Shown in pieces: positions 20,382 through 28,709 of a DNA stretch of 64,000 bases. Position 1 is the stretch's first letter; each line of letters opens with the position of its first letter. Origin of the DNA: Candidatus Heimdallarchaeum aukensis. GTDB taxonomy: Archaea > Asgardarchaeota > Heimdallarchaeia > Heimdallarchaeales > Heimdallarchaeaceae. Below the pieces are notes generated by a model. The model had not been told where the DNA came from. It made no database searches and saw nothing but the letters and a program-made list of their open reading frames with translations. The position numbers and the translations under genes are program-made. The stretch spans positions 704,001 to 768,000 of the forward strand of contig CP084166.1 in assembly GCA_021513695.1 (NCBI GenBank), written 5' to 3'.

Positions 20382-20756
20382 TTAATGGTCATGATCATGG
20401 TCATGTTCGTGGTGCCCACAACCATCAGTTTTTGAAGCTAGTCTCAGTTTTCCTTCTTTGAAATTGTCAATTACATTCTTTACAGTTCCTTCAGCACCGA
20501 CATATACCCCAAGATTGAGTTCTTCTGCTAGTTGAATAGCTCTTGAACCTATTCCTCCACAGAGAAGAGCATTGCTATGTTTAGCTAAAAATTCAGCAGG
20601 CATCCCTACACCGCCAAAATGATTGCTTTCATTGTTAATTATTTTAAGTTCATTTGTTTCTTCATCCCAAATTGCATATAATGGAGCTCTTCCAAAATGT
20701 GCTGATACAGGGGAATCCCACCCTTTATCGTCTTCTACAGGAATTGCATATCTCAT
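20382..20756 (-). CDS. NifX/NifB-C-terminal-like dinitrogenase FeMo-cofactor-binding-fold protein with a C-terminal His/Asp-rich tail
   Basis: The fold is similar to the adjacent paralog, with GGVG...LLCGGIGSRA. It ends GCGHHEHDHDHDH. Confidence 0.65.
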   Translation of the reverse strand: MRYAIPVEDDKGWDSPVSAHFGRAPLYAIWDEETNELKIINNESNHFGGVGMPAEFLAKHSNALLCGGIGSRAIQLAEELNLGVYVGAEGTVKNVIDNFKEGKLRLASKTDGCGHHEHDHDHDH

Positions 20757-20767
20757 CTTTTTTCCTC

Positions 20768-21097
20768 CTAAACTTTTTTTAGTTCATTTTTTTCTAGTTT
20801 CTCTATCAAATTTTTCCAAGGTTCAACTTGACCTTCATAAATCGTGATATTGGAAGCTCGTAACACTTGTTCTGCATTAGGGCCTACTCTTGGAGCAATA
20901 ACTGCTTTTACCCCTTGAGAAACAAGAAATTCAGAAGCTTTAACTCCTGCTCCTCCTCTTGCCATAGCAGAGGGATTTTCATGATATTCATATTCTTTTG
21001 AATCTGAATCGTATATTAGATAATATAACGCTCTTCCAAATCTACTTGCCATTGAAGCATCTTCAGATCTTTCATCTATTGGTATTCCTATTTTCAT
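20768..21097 (-). CDS. NifX/NifB-C-terminal-like dinitrogenase FeMo-cofactor-binding-fold protein
   Basis: The sequence MKIGIPIDE...SRFGRALYYLIYDSD...GGAGVKASEFLVSQGVKAVIAPRVGPNA matches PF02579-type proteins. Confidence 0.7.
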   Translation of the reverse strand: MKIGIPIDERSEDASMASRFGRALYYLIYDSDSKEYEYHENPSAMARGGAGVKASEFLVSQGVKAVIAPRVGPNAEQVLRASNITIYEGQVEPWKNLIEKLEKNELKKV

Positions 21098-21402
21098 AAA
21101 ATCACTTCTTTATCTTTGTTTAATTCTGGTTCAGAGTCGAATTTTATAGCTTGATTTTCAAATAAAGCAGTAGCTATTTTTTTTCTTGCAATTCTTAAAT
21201 CTCTACTATAACTTGACTGAGATATACCCATCTTTTTTGCTGCTTCAACTTGCTTCAATCCCAAGTAATCAGCATAGTACAACACAGTTATTTCTTCTTT
21301 TGTTAGTATTTGTGTCTCCAGCTCCTTAAATGGTATAGCCACTGGCTTGAACACATGTTCGTTTACATCTATACAACAACGTTTTATCTTCCTCTGAACC
21401 AT
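21094..21402 (-). CDS. DUF134 (UPF0251) predicted DNA-binding protein
   Basis: It has a C-terminal sigma-70 region-4-like HTH (LGLKQVEAAKKMGISQSSYSRDLRIARKKIA). This family typically lies beside NifX-like and MinD-ferredoxin genes. Confidence 0.6.
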   Translation of the reverse strand: MVQRKIKRCCIDVNEHVFKPVAIPFKELETQILTKEEITVLYYADYLGLKQVEAAKKMGISQSSYSRDLRIARKKIATALFENQAIKFDSEPELNKDKEVIL

Positions 21403-21535
21403 ACATCAGAAATTTTTCTAATTGATTATATAAACATTTAGTTATGAATAATTATTCACATATATGGTGATAAACACCTTTATTCTAAGAAGAAAAAGTC
21501 AAAAATTAGGGTTTAAAGCAAAATAGAAAGAAAAA

Positions 21536-21967
21536 TCAGTCAGTTATTTCTATCTCAATAAGGTTATGATTAATAATTGAATGAGCAATCCTTTTTCTAA
21601 GACCTTTAAGATAGCGCCAAACACTTGTTTGAGATATTCCTAATTTCTCGGCTATCTCTTTCTGAGTTAGCTCCTCTACATCAGCCATTTTTAAAATTTC
21701 TAATTCAAAACTGGATATAGCAAGAATATTATGAGGTTGATTTATTCTACGATTAATAGGGATAGAATAAGCTACAGGAGGACGCCCTTTCCTAAAATGT
21801 TTTCTACGTATGCCATGCGGACCATGCATTCCTCCTCTTCTCATTCCTCGCCTAGGTCCTCCGCCCATACCTCTTCTCGGAGGAAAGAGTTGATTATTAA
21901 GATTAGTTTTTTCTTCTTCTTTTCTCGTTTTTTCACCGTTTGATGGTTCGTCATTCATACTGTTCAC
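21536..21967 (-). CDS. DUF134-like HTH protein with an N-terminal Arg/Gly/Pro-rich low-complexity region
   Basis: The N-terminus has PRRGMGGGPRRGMRRGGMHGPHG repeats. The C-terminus has an HTH (LTQKEIAEKLGISQTSVWRYLKGLRKRIA). Confidence 0.55.
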   Translation of the reverse strand: MNSMNDEPSNGEKTRKEEEKTNLNNQLFPPRRGMGGGPRRGMRRGGMHGPHGIRRKHFRKGRPPVAYSIPINRRINQPHNILAISSFELEILKMADVEELTQKEIAEKLGISQTSVWRYLKGLRKRIAHSIINHNLIEIEITD

Positions 21968-22004
21968 TCTTTGAAAAAAGAAAAAAACAAATAAAAAAGT
22001 GTTT

Positions 22005-22355
22005 TTACTTATTCAATTTCTGTTTTTCTTCTTCTAGTAAAGATATTTCTTTTTGAAGATACTCTATTTGCTTTTCGATTAATGAAATCTCATAATCTAT
22101 GGCGTTTTCATTGGATGGTTTTCCATATGGATCCCATTGTGCATTTGTTGGTGGATTTTCTACTCCTTGATATTCAGGCATTGCCCACCAACCCCTTGGT
22201 CTGTCGGGGAAAAAGTCACAATTTGGACTTATCCATCTACGTCCTCCAAAACCTGCACCAAATCCTCTTCTAAATCCAAATCCTCGTCCATAACCGTATC
22301 CTCTTCCATACCCATATCCGGGGCCATATCCATATCTTCTATATCTGTATGCCAT
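22005..22355 (-). CDS. Small protein with a Gly/Tyr/Arg-rich low-complexity N-terminus and a C-terminal coiled coil (DUF5320-like)
   Basis: The N-terminus is MAYRYRRYGYGPGYGYGRGYGYGRGFGFRRGFGAGFGGRR. It is followed by a conserved-looking NCDFFPDRPRGWW and then a heptad coiled coil (EISLIEKQIEYLQKEISLLEEEKQKL). Confidence 0.5.
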   Translation of the reverse strand: MAYRYRRYGYGPGYGYGRGYGYGRGFGFRRGFGAGFGGRRWISPNCDFFPDRPRGWWAMPEYQGVENPPTNAQWDPYGKPSNENAIDYEISLIEKQIEYLQKEISLLEEEKQKLNK

Positions 22356-22408
22356 TTTTTCACCTCAAATGTTTTTGAGTTATTACTCAATATTAGTTAG
22401 ACTTTGCC

Positions 22409-22420
22409 GATATATAAAGT
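22409..22420 (-). promoter_or_regulatory. TATA box (ctttatata on the minus strand) about 55-60 nt upstream of ATG 22355; SD-like tgaggtg lies 4-10 nt before the ATG
   Basis: The motif is consensus-like archaeal TTTATATA. One of the few clear GGTGA-type ribosome-binding sites in the window lies just downstream. Confidence 0.35.
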
Positions 22421-22514
22421 TTATGTTTTGCGTTATAATTCAAAAATTGTTTTCAGTAATTACACAACTACAAATTTAAAAAAGGTTGAATTGGAAATAA
22501 GTCGGTAGATAATA

Positions 22515-23792
22515 ATGGTAGACGTGAAACCTTTTCGAGGGATAAGATATACTGAAAAAGCAGGAGATATAGCAAATTTAATTGCACAGCCATATGATAA
22601 AATTGATGAAGAAATGCAGAAAGAATACTATGAAAAATCAGAATATAATTACTGTAGACTAACATTACCAATGGAAGAAGACAGATATAATGTTGCTAGA
22701 AAAAGATTAGAAGAATGGTTAGCTAATGAAATACTACAAAAAGATGAAGACCCAGCCTTTTATGTTTATTTCCAAGAATTCGAACTTTTCGGAAAAAAAT
22801 TTATTCGTAAAGGCTTTATTGGAGCATTAAGACTACACCCATTTGAAGAAAATATAGTTCTTCCTCATGAGAAGACTCACAAAGGACCAAAAATCGACAG
22901 ATTAAACATGCTAAAAACAACTAAACACACTTTAGAACCTGGATTCATCCTTTATTCTGATAATGATAAAGTAACGATTAGTATTTTTGAAGAGGTTGCC
23001 CAAAAAGAAAAACCAATAATTGATGTAGTCGACAGTTTAGGAGCCAGAAATAGAGTATGGAAACTTACTGATCCCGAAAAAATAAAAAGAGTTCAAGAAA
23101 TTTTCAAAGATCAACAGTTAGTAATTGCAGATGGACATCACCGGTATGAAACAGCTTGTACTTACAGAGACATGAGAAGGGAAGAAAAGAAAGATTGGGA
23201 CGAAAATGATGCTTTTAATTTTAGAATGACTTATTTAGTTCCTGTAGAAGATGAAGGTCTAGTAGTACTTGCTACACATAGATGTCTAGCAAAAGTAAAA
23301 GTTACACCAGAACAAGAAGAGATTTTTAAGAAGTACTTTGAGATAGAGGAAATATCCAAAGAAAAAATACCTGAATTTTTGGAGAAAAACCAAGACAATC
23401 ATGTCTTTGTTTATTATCAAGATGGCAAAGCTAAATCTATGATTATGAAGGATCCTACCACAATCAATGAATTTGTTAAAGATAGAAGTGAAGAATACAA
23501 GAATCTAGATGTCGTAATTCTTCGAGACATGATCTTTCAAGGAATTATGGGACTATCAGATTTAAAGATAGATGATGATATTTTCTACGAGAGATGGTGG
23601 AATGAAGCAATTCAGAAAGTTGATGAAGGAAAATATAAAGTTGTTTTCATTCTCAATCCTACTAGAGCAAAACAAGTTTTAGCTGTTGCCAAAAATCATG
23701 AAAGAATGCCTCAAAAATCTACAGACTTCTATCCAAAAATGATTAGTGGTCTTACAATGATGAGTTTAGAAGATGGAGAAAAATTGAACTAA
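22515..23792 (+). CDS. DUF1015 family protein (intact copy; its C-terminal 2/3 lies inside the duplicated unit)
   Basis: The N-terminus MVDVKPFRGIRYTE is typical of DUF1015, and the product is 425 aa. Confidence 0.7.
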   Translation: MVDVKPFRGIRYTEKAGDIANLIAQPYDKIDEEMQKEYYEKSEYNYCRLTLPMEEDRYNVARKRLEEWLANEILQKDEDPAFYVYFQEFELFGKKFIRKGFIGALRLHPFEENIVLPHEKTHKGPKIDRLNMLKTTKHTLEPGFILYSDNDKVTISIFEEVAQKEKPIIDVVDSLGARNRVWKLTDPEKIKRVQEIFKDQQLVIADGHHRYETACTYRDMRREEKKDWDENDAFNFRMTYLVPVEDEGLVVLATHRCLAKVKVTPEQEEIFKKYFEIEEISKEKIPEFLEKNQDNHVFVYYQDGKAKSMIMKDPTTINEFVKDRSEEYKNLDVVILRDMIFQGIMGLSDLKIDDDIFYERWWNEAIQKVDEGKYKVVFILNPTRAKQVLAVAKNHERMPQKSTDFYPKMISGLTMMSLEDGEKLN

Positions 23793-23795
23793 AGT

Positions 23796-23830
23796 TTTCT
23801 AAACTCTTTTTTCTTCATATTTTTAATCTA
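23796..23830 (+). terminator. T-rich tract after the DUF1015 stop (repeated after the truncated copy at 26256..26290)
   Basis: The sequence ctcttttttcttcatatttttaatc contains T6 and T5 runs, which fit archaeal oligo-T terminators. Confidence 0.25.
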
Positions 23831-24025
23831 CTTTAATTGCATATCTTTTTTCTGCTTCTTTAGAATATAAAGCCAAGAGTTTATCGAAATTCTCTTTTTC
23901 TAGATAACCATGTGCTGTCATCATTTCAGTGAATCTTTTCGGGAATTTTTGATAAGCTTCTTTAAGACTAAAGCCTTCTGCATATTTGAACTGTAATCTT
24001 TTTCTCTGTATTTCTTTTCCTATTT

Positions 24026-25207
24026 TTAGTAGTCTTCATCAGTTCTGTTGATTTTTAAGCTCTCTAAAGCTTGAATTGTTGTATTCATATCGTATACTCC
24101 TCTAGCAAAAAGGCAAATAACCATGCTGTTTAGAACGTTTCTCCACTCTTCTTCATTCATTAGAGAATTCATTCCTTGTTCAAAAGTTATTGGTTTATTC
24201 AGTACTTTTTGGTCCAGTGAATAACCAGCGTTGTCTAGATGACTGTGTCTTCCACCAACGAGAAAACCCATAATAGCATAATATCCAGTTCTATAACCTG
24301 CAGGTTCTAGTTTTGCTACTCTTATACCGAAATCATTTCCGCCATATTTCTCTACAAGAGCTTCTACTCCCTTTGAAGCTGTATAATAAAGTTCGCTTTC
24401 TTCTGTAGCTTTAGATATTTTTCCGATGATAGATAAGAAATCATCCACCCTACCAAATCTAATTAATTCTCCTTCTGTGTCTTTAGGACTAATTAAGTTT
24501 CTTTCATATGCTTCAGCTAACCAAGCCAGAACAACTCCTGTAGATATAGCGTCCATTCCTTCTTTCTCAATAGCTTCAATTAGTTTTAAGATATCTTTGG
24601 CATTACCTATCTTAAGATTTGAACCAAGAGCATAGATGAGTTCGTAATCGTAAGATACAGCAATAGAGTGAATGTCAGCTACAGTTCCTTTTTCCCATCT
24701 TTCTCTTAAGATTGCTAAATGAATACAACCGATTGGACAACCTCCGCAAGCTACTCTTTTGCCTAACAATTCTGAAGCGAAATATTCACCAGAGATATTT
24801 TCAGCTTCTTCAAAGTAGCTTTCTGCAAAGTTCTTAGTAGGTAAGGATTTTAACGCATTTAGAGGTAATATTCCCGCAGCTGTCCCAAGAACATGATATT
24901 TGGCCATTAAATTTGTTTCAGTAGTTTTCTTGTATATTTCTCTAAACACTCTTCTATATTGTTTATAATTAGTATTTGACTCCAAAGAAATGGGTTGATC
25001 TCCGATAATTGCGAAACCTTTAACATTCTTGCTTCCTAAAACTGCGCCTAGACCTGTTCTACCGAAATGCCTTGTTCTGTCTACAGTTGCACAAGCATAA
25101 GGAATTAATCTTTCTCCTGCTGGTCCAATTGTTACCACAGAACGATTACCAGGATGACCTATCTTTTCTCTTATAATTCTACCAGTTGTATTGGGAGACA
25201 TATACAT
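24026..25207 (-). pseudogene. Truncated, frameshifted copy of aldehyde:ferredoxin oxidoreductase (AOR') created by the tandem duplication
   Basis: The 393-aa ORF is identical to residues about 166-550 of the intact AOR. It lacks the N-terminal ~165 aa because the junction abuts DUF1015 sequence at 25261. A 1-nt deletion produces a premature end (...INRTDEDY*) relative to the intact copy (...INRTDEELLKIG...). Confidence 0.65.
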
Positions 25208-25260
25208 TAGAGGTTTAGCATTAACAAATTGAACTCCATCTTCATAAGAAACAAAGTAGA

Positions 25261-26252
25261 TTATTCGTAAAGGCTTTATTGGAGCATTAAGACTACACCC
25301 ATTTGAAGAAAATATAGTTCTTCCTCATGAGAAGACTCACAAAGGACCAAAAATCGACAGATTAAACATGCTAAAAACAACTAAACACACTTTAGAACCT
25401 GGATTCATCCTTTATTCTGATAATGATAAAGTAACGATTAGTATTTTTGAAGAGGTTGCCCAAAAAGAAAAACCAATAATTGATGTAGTCGACAGTTTAG
25501 GAGCCAGAAATAGAGTATGGAAACTTACTCCTCCCGAAAAAATAAAAAGAGTTCAAGAAATTTTCAAAGATCAACAGTTAGTAATTGCAGATGGACATCA
25601 CCGGTATGAAACAGCTTGTACTTACAGAGACATGAGAAGGGAAGAAAAGAAAGATTGGGACGAAAATGATGCTTTTAATTTTAGAATGACTTATTTAGTT
25701 CCTGTAGAAGATGAAGGTCTAGTAGTACTTGCTACACATAGATGTCTAGCAAAAGTAAAAGTTACACCAGAACAAGAAGAGATTTTTAAGAAGTACTTTG
25801 AGATAGAGGAAATATCCAAAGAAAAAATACCTGAATTTTTGGAGAAAAACCAAGACAATCATGTCTTTGTTTATTATCAAGATGGCAAAGCTAAATCTAT
25901 GATTATGAAGGATCCTACCACAATCAATGAATTTGTTAAAGATAGAAGTGAAGAATACAAGAATCTAGATGTCGTAATTCTTCGAGACATGATCTTTCAA
26001 GGAATTATGGGACTATCAGATTTAAAGATAGATGATGATATTTTCTACGAGAGATGGTGGAATGAAGCAATTCAGAAAGTTGATGAAGGAAAATATAAAG
26101 TTGTTTTCATTCTCAATCCTACTAGAGCAAAACAAGTTTTAGCTGTTGCCAAAAATCATGAAAGAATGCCTCAAAAATCTACAGACTTCTATCCAAAAAT
26201 GATTAGTGGTCTTACAATGATGAGTTTAGAAGATGGAGAAAAATTGAACTAA
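25261..26252 (+). pseudogene. 5'-truncated duplicate of the DUF1015 gene (C-terminal ~2/3; first in-frame ATG at 25368)
   Basis: It is identical to 22801..23792 except for D to P (LTDPEK versus LTPPEK). It has no native N-terminus or promoter context. Confidence 0.6.
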
Positions 26253-26282
26253 AGTTTTCTAAACTCTTTTTTCTTCATATTT

Positions 26283-28085
26283 TTAATCTACTTTAATTGC
26301 ATATCTTTTTTCTGCTTCTTTAGAATATAAAGCCAAGAGTTTATCGAAATTCTCTTTTTCTAGATAACCATGTGCTGTCATCATTTCAGTGAATCTTTTC
26401 GGGAATTTTTGATAAGCTTCTTTAAGACTAAAGCCTTCTGCATATTTGAACTGTAATCTTTTTCTCTGTATTTCTTTTCCTATTTTTAGTAGTTCTTCAT
26501 CAGTTCTGTTGATTTTTAAGCTCTCTAAAGCTTGAATTGTTGTATTCATATCGTATACTCCTCTAGCAAAAAGGCAAATAACCATGCTGTTTAGAACGTT
26601 TCTCCACTCTTCTTCATTCATTAGAGAATTCATTCCTTGTTCAAAAGTTATTGGTTTATTCAGTACTTTTTGGTCCAGTGAATAACCAGCGTTGTCTAGA
26701 TGACTGTGTCTTCCACCAACGAGAAAACCCATAATAGCATAATATCCAGTTCTATAACCTGCAGGTTCTAGTTTTGCTACTCTTATACCGAAATCATTTC
26801 CGCCATATTTCTCTACAAGAGCTTCTACTCCCTTTGAAGCTGTATAATAAAGTTCGCTTTCTTCTGTAGCTTTAGATATTTTTCCGATGATAGATAAGAA
26901 ATCATCCACCCTACCAAATCTAATTAATTCTCCTTCTGTGTCTTTAGGACTAATTAAGTTTCTTTCATATGCTTCAGCTAACCAAGCCAGAACAACTCCT
27001 GTAGATATAGCGTCCATTCCTTCTTTCTCAATAGCTTCAATTAGTTTTAAGATATCTTTGGCATTACCTATCTTAAGATTTGAACCAAGAGCATAGATGA
27101 GTTCGTAATCGTAAGATACAGCAATAGAGTGAATGTCAGCTACAGTTCCTTTTTCCCATCTTTCTCTTAAGATTGCTAAATGAATACAACCGATTGGACA
27201 ACCTCCGCAAGCTACTCTTTTGCCTAACAATTCTGAAGCGAAATATTCACCAGAGATATTTTCAGCTTCTTCAAAGTAGCTTTCTGCAAAGTTCTTAGTA
27301 GGTAAGGATTTTAACGCATTTAGAGGTAATATTCCCGCAGCTGTCCCAAGAACATGATATTTGGCCATTAAATTTGTTTCAGTAGTTTTCTTGTATATTT
27401 CTCTAAACACTCTTCTATATTGTTTATAATTAGTATTTGACTCCAAAGAAATGGGTTGATCTCCGATAATTGCGAAACCTTTAACATTCTTGCTTCCTAA
27501 AACTGCGCCTAGACCTGTTCTACCGAAATGCCTTGTTCTGTCTACAGTTGCACAAGCATAAGGAATTAATCTTTCTCCTGCTGGTCCAATTGTTACCACA
27601 GAACGATTACCAGGATGACCTATCTTTTCTCTTATAATTCTACCAGTTGTATTGGGAGACATATACATTAGAGGTTTAGCATTAACAAATTGAACTCCAT
27701 CTTCATAAGAAACAAAGTAGATTGGTTCTGGAGATTTACCCTTTAAAATTATAACTCCTAAGTTATTAAAACGCATTGCTGTTGATAACCTTCCTCCAGC
27801 ATAAGATTCACCTAAATTGCCAGTTAATGGACTCTTAAAAACTGCACAAGTTTTGGAAGCAACGGGAAAATATGTATTTAGAGGTCCAATAGCAAAAATT
27901 ACAACATTTTCTGGAGAAAGAGGATCTACTCCTGTTTGAAGATGTTGATTGAGTAATTCAATACCTACACCTATTCCTCCCATATACTTATCAAAAAGAT
28001 TCTCTGATTCATAAATCTCGAATGAGAGATCACTTAAATTAATTTCTAAAATATTTGGATATAACACTTTCAACTCACCTACCAT
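26283..28085 (-). CDS. aor: Tungsten/molybdenum-pterin aldehyde:ferredoxin oxidoreductase (AOR family), intact copy
   Basis: The product is about 600 aa with the AOR N-terminal domain and CGGCPIGC. The likely start is ATG 28085 (MVGELKVLYPNILEINLSD...), which overlaps the ferredoxin stop as ATGGTAG. The track start at 28157 is probably too far upstream. Confidence 0.85.
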   Translation of the reverse strand: MVGELKVLYPNILEINLSDLSFEIYESENLFDKYMGGIGVGIELLNQHLQTGVDPLSPENVVIFAIGPLNTYFPVASKTCAVFKSPLTGNLGESYAGGRLSTAMRFNNLGVIILKGKSPEPIYFVSYEDGVQFVNAKPLMYMSPNTTGRIIREKIGHPGNRSVVTIGPAGERLIPYACATVDRTRHFGRTGLGAVLGSKNVKGFAIIGDQPISLESNTNYKQYRRVFREIYKKTTETNLMAKYHVLGTAAGILPLNALKSLPTKNFAESYFEEAENISGEYFASELLGKRVACGGCPIGCIHLAILRERWEKGTVADIHSIAVSYDYELIYALGSNLKIGNAKDILKLIEAIEKEGMDAISTGVVLAWLAEAYERNLISPKDTEGELIRFGRVDDFLSIIGKISKATEESELYYTASKGVEALVEKYGGNDFGIRVAKLEPAGYRTGYYAIMGFLVGGRHSHLDNAGYSLDQKVLNKPITFEQGMNSLMNEEEWRNVLNSMVICLFARGVYDMNTTIQALESLKINRTDEELLKIGKEIQRKRLQFKYAEGFSLKEAYQKFPKRFTEMMTAHGYLEKENFDKLLALYSKEAEKRYAIKVD

Positions 28086-28510
28086 TCTCCTGTAGCTTCT
28101 TCCATTACTAAAACACCAGTAGAGCAATATTGAACGCAAGCTCCACACTGACGACATACTATTGCTTTATTGATATCAACATCAATATGTATTGCACCAG
28201 GGATAGGACATGCTTCTATGCATTCTTGATTACACTTACTTGCATCACAAATTTCTCTGTCGACAATAACCCCTCCACCCTGTCTTGGTTTAATCGCTCC
28301 AGGAATAGGACAAGCAGGAGCACAAGGAGGAGATCTACAACCTCTACAGACTACGACAACATAATTGCGTTCTATTCCCCCACTTGCTTTAACTGTAATT
28401 GAACTACGATAATTAGACAATAATTTTTCATTTGTCCTAGAACAAGCATAAACACATTCTAAACAACCAATACATCTATCTAGATTTTTGACTCTTAATC
28501 TTTTGCCCAT
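28079..28510 (-). CDS. Polyferredoxin (four [4Fe-4S]-type Cys motifs), electron-transfer partner of AOR
   Basis: It has CIGCLECVYAC, CRGCRSPPCAPACP, CDASKCNQECIEACP and CRQCGACVQYC. It is translationally coupled to aor. Confidence 0.8.
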   Translation of the reverse strand: MGKRLRVKNLDRCIGCLECVYACSRTNEKLLSNYRSSITVKASGGIERNYVVVVCRGCRSPPCAPACPIPGAIKPRQGGGVIVDREICDASKCNQECIEACPIPGAIHIDVDINKAIVCRQCGACVQYCSTGVLVMEEATGEW

Positions 28511-28674
28511 AAATAAGATATGGATTTAAACCTTAAAAAAGAAATTGGTTCATTTTTTCTATTATTAAGACTTATTTGTAAATAAACGAGGAAAAAAGGC
28601 TTTGATTAAGTATCTAAAATATGCTTGTTAATTACTAAAATCTAAATAAAGTTTAAATTCTTTTACTTATCATT

Positions 28675-28684
28675 GTTTATAATC
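28675..28684 (+). promoter_or_regulatory. TATA-like box (tgtttataat) centred about 30 nt upstream of ATG 28710
   Basis: A TTTATAAT box is present with no SD, which fits a leaderless archaeal promoter. Confidence 0.3.
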
Positions 28685-28709
28685 AGAAAAATCAAGTAGT
28701 TGATTACTA

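Larger units (their letters stand above)
22801..27722. repeat. Tandem direct duplication of a ~2.46-kb unit (22801..25260 and 25261..27722), >99.8% identical
   Basis: By direct comparison, 22801.. matches 25261.. base for base. The differences I found are gat to cct at 23070-23071 versus 25530-25531, and a 1-nt indel (tagtagtcttc at 24031-24041 versus tagtagttcttc at 26492-26503). A 2-nt (tt) microhomology sits at the junction 25261-25262. Confidence 0.85.

Noticed and set aside
20113-20461. Two overlapping plus-strand ORFs (86 and 103 aa) spanning the 20316-20381 intergenic region
   Set aside because: They are mostly antisense to the 3' end of the MinD-ferredoxin gene and the His-rich tail of the NifX-like gene. 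Their H/L-rich composition mirrors the complement of the GAC/CAT repeat codons.
24426-24635. Identical 69-aa plus-strand ORFs at 24426..24635 and 26887..27096
   Set aside because: Both are antisense to the AOR coding sequence. Their identity simply reflects the 2.46-kb duplication.
22801-27722. Mobile element (IS/transposon) as the cause of the duplicated block
   Set aside because: There is no transposase or integrase ORF, no terminal inverted repeats and no target-site duplication beyond 2-nt microhomology. Simple tandem duplication or assembly artefact fits better.
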